From a virus (lineage: Duplodnaviria; Caudoviricetes), in the IMG/VR virus record IMGVR_UViG_3300049173_000026, positions 1 to 36,955 of that record: a stretch of DNA of 36,955 nucleotides. One strand, written 5' to 3'. The position numbers and the translations under genes were made by a program. The stretch's first letter is position 1. The number at the start of each line of letters is the position of its first letter. Of the stretch, positions 35,189 to 36,955 are shown piece after piece. The notes below the pieces were generated by a model. The model was not told the origin of the DNA. It searched no databases and saw nothing but the letters and a program-made list of their open reading frames with translations.

Positions 35189-35385
35189 GCAAGCATCGCA
35201 AGCCCGCAGCCGTCTTCCTGTCCGTCCTGCCTGTTCGCTACCGCTCGCGCGTCGGGGCCGTCTTCGCGGCCCTGGGCGTCCTGGTGAGCGTCGCCGCCAT
35301 CGTCTACGCCGACAAGCCCGAGGTCGCCCTGATCGTTCAGGTGGCGACCTCTCTGGGCCTGGTCGAGCGGCCCGGCGACGAGTAG
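35185..35385 (+). CDS. Probable holin
   Basis: GTG overlaps the lysin stop; 66 aa with hydrophobic segments. Confidence 0.65.
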   Translation: MSKHRKPAAVFLSVLPVRYRSRVGAVFAALGVLVSVAAIVYADKPEVALIVQVATSLGLVERPGDE

Positions 35386-35389
35386 CACT

Positions 35390-35433
35390 GCGCCCCCCTG
35401 TCAGCCCTCACGGGTCGGCAGGGGGGCGCTTTT
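35390..35433. terminator. Terminator between the convergent late operon and the leftward module
   Basis: GCGCCCCCCTG/CAGGGGGGCGC stem followed by TTTT. Confidence 0.85.
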
Positions 35434-35440
35434 CTGCGTC

Positions 35441-35773
35441 TCAGGACTGGGCGGCCTTCTTGGCGGCCTCGATCTGTTCGAGGGTTCGGACCGGCGTCTT
35501 ACCCCGCCTGCGGGAGGTCGTCCTCGCCGGGGCCTTCTTCTCGGCCTTCGCTGCCGGCGCCTTCCTCTGGGCCGGGGGCTTGTCTTCGCTCGGGACGGAC
35601 TCGGGGGCGCCCTCGGGGGTCAGGTCGAAGACGGCGAGCACGGGGGCCGCGTCCTCGTGGCACAGGTCGCGAGTTACGGTCTCGTCCCCATCGGGCGTGA
35701 GGCTGTAGCGAGTTGCGGGCTTGTCCTTGTCCTTGCAGATGTCACATACGCGCACGGTGATCGTTACGTCCAT
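35441..35773 (-). CDS. Hypothetical protein, possibly Lsr2-like, with basic tail
   Basis: CDIC...RDLCHEDA N-terminal domain; Lys/Arg/Ala-rich C-terminus; GGAGAG RBS. Confidence 0.7.
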   Translation of the reverse strand: MDVTITVRVCDICKDKDKPATRYSLTPDGDETVTRDLCHEDAAPVLAVFDLTPEGAPESVPSEDKPPAQRKAPAAKAEKKAPARTTSRRRGKTPVRTLEQIEAAKKAAQS

Positions 35774-35847
35774 CTCTCCGCTTCCTCGCCCATGGGGGAC
35801 TCTCGCTGTTGAGATTGTCCCCCACGGACGGGTGCGGGTTGTAATTG

Positions 35848-36549
35848 TCAGGCAGTGGCTTCGTTGAGCCTGGAGAGGTAGCGGCTACCGGTACGGCGGT
35901 CGCGCCCCATGGCCTTCGCGAGGTTCGGGCCGTTGACCTCGCGACCCTGGGCGATCAGGGTCTTCGCGGCCTCCTTGATCTCGTCGAGGCTGGGGGCCGG
36001 GCGGCCGGGGCGACGCTTTTCGCGGGCCTTGGCCACCTCGTCGACCGGCGGCTCGGTTCCGTCGAGGGTCGGCTGAACGGGCTCGGTGGTCTGGTCCTGG
36101 TGCTCGTCGTGCTCCTGGTCCTCGACGACCACCGCGGATTCCGCCGGCACCGGCTTGGCAGCACGGATGACCATGTGGGCGACGTGCCCGGCAACGATCG
36201 CGGGGACGGCGGAGACGGCGGCGACCAGCTCCTTCGACGAGACCATGTATCCGGCCGAGATCCAGTGGGCGACGATCTGACCAGCGAGGGTCATCCCCAG
36301 GGCGCCCACGGCGCCAGCGATGGCGCTTCCACGGCCCTTCTCGCCCTTGGCGCGGCTCTCGGTGAACCAGACCGCGACGACGGCGTACACGGACATGCAG
36401 ACCGGCATACCGGCGGCGACCCACTCGTTCCATCCGGCCGTACGGGCGAGCTGGTACTCGCCAGGGGCCGACATCGCGAGGGCGACGGCGAGCACCAGGC
36501 CGCCGACGATGTAGGCGTAGCGGGGCATGCGAGGCAGGGGGGAAGACAT
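35848..36549 (-). CDS. SpdA/DUF2637-like membrane protein with C-terminal HTH
   Basis: Four TM segments (SAPGEYQLARTAGW...AVSAVPAIVAGH) and C-terminal GPNLAKAMGRDRRTGSRYL. Confidence 0.72.
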   Translation of the reverse strand: MSSPLPRMPRYAYIVGGLVLAVALAMSAPGEYQLARTAGWNEWVAAGMPVCMSVYAVVAVWFTESRAKGEKGRGSAIAGAVGALGMTLAGQIVAHWISAGYMVSSKELVAAVSAVPAIVAGHVAHMVIRAAKPVPAESAVVVEDQEHDEHQDQTTEPVQPTLDGTEPPVDEVAKAREKRRPGRPAPSLDEIKEAAKTLIAQGREVNGPNLAKAMGRDRRTGSRYLSRLNEATA

Positions 36550-36594
36550 GGCTGTGCCTTTCGAGGTGGTGCGAGTGAAGGAAGGCGGGGGGGG

Positions 36595-36954
36595 TTACAG
36601 GCCGTGGGCCGCGCGGGCGGCGCGGAAGGCGGCGAGGCCCTGGGGCGCGAGGGGGCCGGACGCGTCGAGAGCGGGGGCTTCCGGGGTCTCGGCGATCTCG
36701 CCCGTCATGCAGTCGATCTCGAAGTACGGGGCGGCGCCGAGGGCGCACTCGGTGCAGATGCCCGTCTCCTGACCGGCGGGCAGCACGTTGCCGCAGCCCT
36801 CCGCGCAGTCGGCGTACTGCTTCCACTGCCGCTTGCGCTCGGGGCGCTTGCGGTCGAGACGGTCAGCGACCAGACGCGCGGCGCTGTAGACCTTCGCGGG
36901 AAGGCCCTGCGTCACGGCGTCGGTGATCTCGGCGATGGTGGCGCCACGGTCGAG
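36595..36954 (-). CDS. C-terminal part of a protein running off the window, possibly a replication/HTH protein with a CxxC..CxxC tail
   Basis: The frame is open to the window edge: LDRGATIAEITDAVTQGLPAKVYSAARLVADRL...CAEGC...CTEC. Confidence 0.6.
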   Translation of the reverse strand, partial: LDRGATIAEITDAVTQGLPAKVYSAARLVADRLDRKRPERKRQWKQYADCAEGCGNVLPAGQETGICTECALGAAPYFEIDCMTGEIAETPEAPALDASGPLAPQGLAAFRAARAAHGL

Positions 36955-36955
36955 C

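Larger units (their letters stand above)
100..36955. mobile_element. Streptomyces-type temperate siphovirus prophage (R4/phiHau3-like), incomplete at the right edge
   Basis: Integrase, thyX, dNMP kinase, terminase-portal-capsid-tail-lysis synteny and high GC. Confidence 0.95.

Overview
High-GC window that is almost entirely an integrated temperate siphovirus of Streptomyces type, with an R4/phiHau3-like (cluster BD-like) structural module. The left att junction at about 97-101 interrupts a host NagD-like HAD-IIA hydrolase gene. It is followed by a large serine integrase, a leftward early arm (candidate RDF, thyX, dNMP kinase, about 16 small ORFs), a non-coding control region with a probable cos site, a split C5 DNA methyltransferase, HNH, terminase, head, tail and lysis genes, and the start of a leftward module with a SpdA/DUF2637-like gene. 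The prophage continues past the window end. The most striking unannotated signals are in RNA. (1) Two type II hammerhead ribozymes on the early transcript bracket two ORFs. (2) Six covarying stem-loops with an invariant ACAGGGAGA loop each sit 23-27 nt upstream of an early start codon. (3) A 7-nt insert carrying a UUA codon lies in the terminase Walker A motif and suggests bldA-linked translational bypassing. (4) Six transcription-oriented stoperator-like sites are present. All product calls come from motif recognition and synteny; no database search was run.
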